A stretch of 32,000 bases of DNA from Rhodobacter capsulatus SB 1003 (GTDB lineage: Bacteria > Pseudomonadota > Alphaproteobacteria > Rhodobacterales > Rhodobacteraceae), in assembly GCF_000021865.1 (NCBI RefSeq), contig NC_014034.1, forward strand, positions 2,280,001 to 2,312,000, read 5' to 3'. Both the position numbers and the translations under genes were made by a program. This document shows, piece after piece, positions 30,302 through 32,000 of the stretch. The notes below the pieces were generated by a model. The model made no database searches, was not told where the DNA came from, and saw nothing but the letters and a program-made list of their open reading frames with translations. Position 1 is the first letter of the stretch; every line of letters begins with the position of its first letter.

Positions 30302-30517
30302 ATGAGTACCGCCCTTGCCTTCGCCCCGCTGCCGCGTGCCGCCCTGCCGCCTCATCCGGCCGCGATGCCCGCCGAGCCGCCCATCGCGCTGAGCCTTGCG
30401 CCGTCGCTGCGCCGGGCCTGGGCGGCGGTGCTGCGCAGCGCGCCGCCCTCGCATCTGCTGACCACGGCGATTCTGGCGCTGCTCTGGTCGGGCGTGTTCC
30501 TGTGGCGCTTCGCCTGA
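30302..30517 (+). CDS. Small (71 aa) Pro/Ala-rich protein with a single C-terminal TM helix; hypothetical
   Basis: ATG 30302 is preceded by the strong SD AAGGAAAGGAG. GC3 is ~88% by my codon-by-codon count, consistent with coding in this genome. C-terminal hydrophobic helix HLLTTAILALLWSGVFLWRF. It has its own promoter-like elements and a shared terminator. Confidence 0.5.
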   Translation: MSTALAFAPLPRAALPPHPAAMPAEPPIALSLAPSLRRAWAAVLRSAPPSHLLTTAILALLWSGVFLWRFA

Positions 30518-30548
30518 CCTGACGGACCCGAAGGACGGGCCTGAAACG

Positions 30549-30586
30549 AAAAGGGGTGTGACGGGACCGCCGTCACACCCCTTTTT
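30549..30586. terminator. Bidirectional rho-independent terminator between the small ORF and zapA
   Basis: AAAA-GGGGTGTGACGG-gaccg-CCGTCACACCCC-TTTTT: a 12-bp perfect stem flanked by an A-tract and a T-tract. It lies between the convergent stops at 30517 and 30605. Confidence 0.8.
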
Positions 30587-30604
30587 CCGGGGCGAGGCAC
30601 CGGC

Positions 30605-30988
30605 TCAGCCGGCCGCGGCCTCTTCGACCCGGTCGGCCAGCGCCTCGGCGCGGGCGGCGATCTCGGCCAGGGTTTCGGTCACCGCCGCGGGCACCACCGG
30701 CACCTCGATGCGGACCGGATGCGCCTTTGCCGCCGCCAGCTGCGATTCGAGCGCCTCGACCCGGGCGCTCAGCACCCGGACATTGTCCTCGGCCCCGGCG
30801 GCCTTGTCGGCCAGCATCAGCCCCGCCATCAGCAGCATCCGCGCCTCGGGAATCCGGCCCAGCTGCTGCGAGAGCGACTGCGCCTCATTGTCGAGCATCG
30901 CCGCCGCGGCGCGCAGATATTGTTCCTCGCCCTCCTGACAGGCCACGTCGAAATCGCGCCCGCCGATGGTGATGCGCAACTCAGCCAT
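30605..30988 (-). CDS. zapA: Cell division protein ZapA
   Basis: MAELRITIGGRDFDVACQEGEEQYLRAAAAMLD, followed by MLLMAGLMLAD and a C-terminal coiled coil: the typical ZapA fold signature. Confidence 0.85.
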   Translation of the reverse strand: MAELRITIGGRDFDVACQEGEEQYLRAAAAMLDNEAQSLSQQLGRIPEARMLLMAGLMLADKAAGAEDNVRVLSARVEALESQLAAAKAHPVRIEVPVVPAAVTETLAEIAARAEALADRVEEAAAG

Positions 30989-31562
30989 TGTCCGATCCCC
31001 CCGCCGGTTGTCCCTTCACATGCGCCGCCACGATCGGGGCCAGCCCGGTGACGATATCCGACAGCTCCGAGGCCTCCCAGGCCCGGGCCGCCCGCAGCGC
31101 CTCCAGCTCGGCCTGCATCGACAGGTTGACCAGGGCGGGATCGATCCGCCCTGCCCCGTCGATCAGCTGCCGGTTCACCTCGATCAGGTCGTTGTTCGCC
31201 CGCTTCAGCCGGTTCGCCTCGACCTGCACCGCCTCGAGCGCCCGCGTCGCCTGGCTGAGCCGCTTTTCCAGCGCGGCCAGCATGGTTTCCTGCTTTTCGC
31301 GGATCGCCAGAACCCGTTCGGTCAGCTGCGCGCTGGCCGCCCGTTCGGCCTCCAGTTCCGCCTGCAGCGCCAGCACCTCGGCCGAAGGCCCGGTGTCGAC
31401 GGGCGCCAGATCGACCGGCGCCACGGGATCGGGTTCCGGCGCAGGCGCCGCCGCCTGCGCGGCCAGAGCCGCCGCGCGCAGATCGCCCAGCGTCTCGACG
31501 CCGCGCCCGATGCGTTCCAGCGCAAAGGCGATGCGGCGCTCATATTCGGCCAGTTCGGTCAT
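30981..31562 (-). CDS. Coiled-coil protein encoded upstream of zapA (DUF4164 / ZauP-ZapB-like)
   Basis: 193 aa with heptad-rich segments (LQAELEAERAASAQLTERVLAIREKQETMLAALEKRL; LEAVQVEANRLKRANNDLIEVNRQL). It overlaps the zapA start by 8 nt. This synteny is typical of alphaproteobacteria. Confidence 0.65.
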   Translation of the reverse strand: MTELAEYERRIAFALERIGRGVETLGDLRAAALAAQAAAPAPEPDPVAPVDLAPVDTGPSAEVLALQAELEAERAASAQLTERVLAIREKQETMLAALEKRLSQATRALEAVQVEANRLKRANNDLIEVNRQLIDGAGRIDPALVNLSMQAELEALRAARAWEASELSDIVTGLAPIVAAHVKGQPAGGSDNG

Positions 31563-31837
31563 GCCATCCTCGCTAACTGCCCTTGGTCTTCGTTCTTGTC
31601 GTTCGTCTCGTTCATCCGGTCGCCACCGTCAACACTCCGGCCCGGCCCGGGGCGCCCGCGCGGTGCGAAAAGGCGCCGCGGCGAATCGCATCCGCCCGGT
31701 GTCCCGCCCCATTCTAGCCGCTGCGTCGCGCTCCTCCCACCTTTTTGCATCAAGCACTTGGGAGCCAAGCTTGAATCTGCCCCGATCCCTGTTATCACCG
31801 TCACCGAAGATTTCGGCGCAACAAAGGACGCACCCTC

Positions 31838-32000
31838 ATGGATCTCGCCGCTCTGCGGGCCAAGACCCCCGATCACTGGAAGCTTGCCACCGCGATCCGC
31901 GTGCTGGCGATCGATGCCGTGCAGGCGGCCAATTCGGGCCACCCCGGCATGCCGATGGGCATGGCCGATGTCGCCACGGTTCTGTTCCGCAACCACCTGA
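31838..32000 (+). CDS. tkt: Transketolase, N-terminal 54 codons (continues beyond the window)
   Basis: Hand translation from ATG 31838 (SD AAGGA) gives [54 protein letters not shown]. The segment [12 protein letters not shown] is the transketolase ThDP-binding N-terminal signature. Confidence 0.85.

Noticed and set aside
30518-30604. 6S RNA (ssrS), which in many proteobacteria lies just downstream of zapA.
   Set aside because: Only 87 nt separate zapA from the convergent small ORF, and this gap is filled by a bidirectional terminator. Neither that gap nor the AT-rich 30118-30301 region shows the long end-to-end helix with a central bubble expected of a ~160-180-nt 6S RNA. An Infernal scan would be decisive.

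Overview
High-GC segment (roughly two-thirds G+C, strong GC3 bias) that looks like alphaproteobacterial, Rhodobacterales-like chromosome. Supporting gene content: a Pha/Mrp antiporter with a fused A/B subunit, and a ZauP-like/zapA pair next to tkt. I saw no rRNA, tRNA, CRISPR, transposase, integrase or phage genes. 27 protein-coding genes are supported. On the minus strand, right to left: the phaAB-C-D-E-F-G antiporter operon, acs, yjcH-actP, a cNMP/CBS/DUF294 nucleotidyltransferase, a CheY-like receiver, a membrane HAMP-PAS-pseudo-kinase::DEDDh exonuclease fusion, and a partial ABC ATPase. On the plus strand: sbcD-sbcC, a FolD paralogue and a secreted hypothetical. The remainder holds a yjjB/yjjP-type exporter pair, an MCP with an operonic orphan periplasmic binding protein, a LysE exporter, a divergent Rrf2 regulator, a small promoter-equipped membrane ORF, zapA plus its coiled-coil partner, and the 5' end of tkt. 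The most system-like unexplained content is the sensor-NTase / receiver / sensor-exonuclease trio attached to the acetate-uptake genes (1100-5491). Most other long ORFs in the track are GC-driven shadow frames. Coordinates of short motifs were hand-counted and may be off by 1-2 nt.
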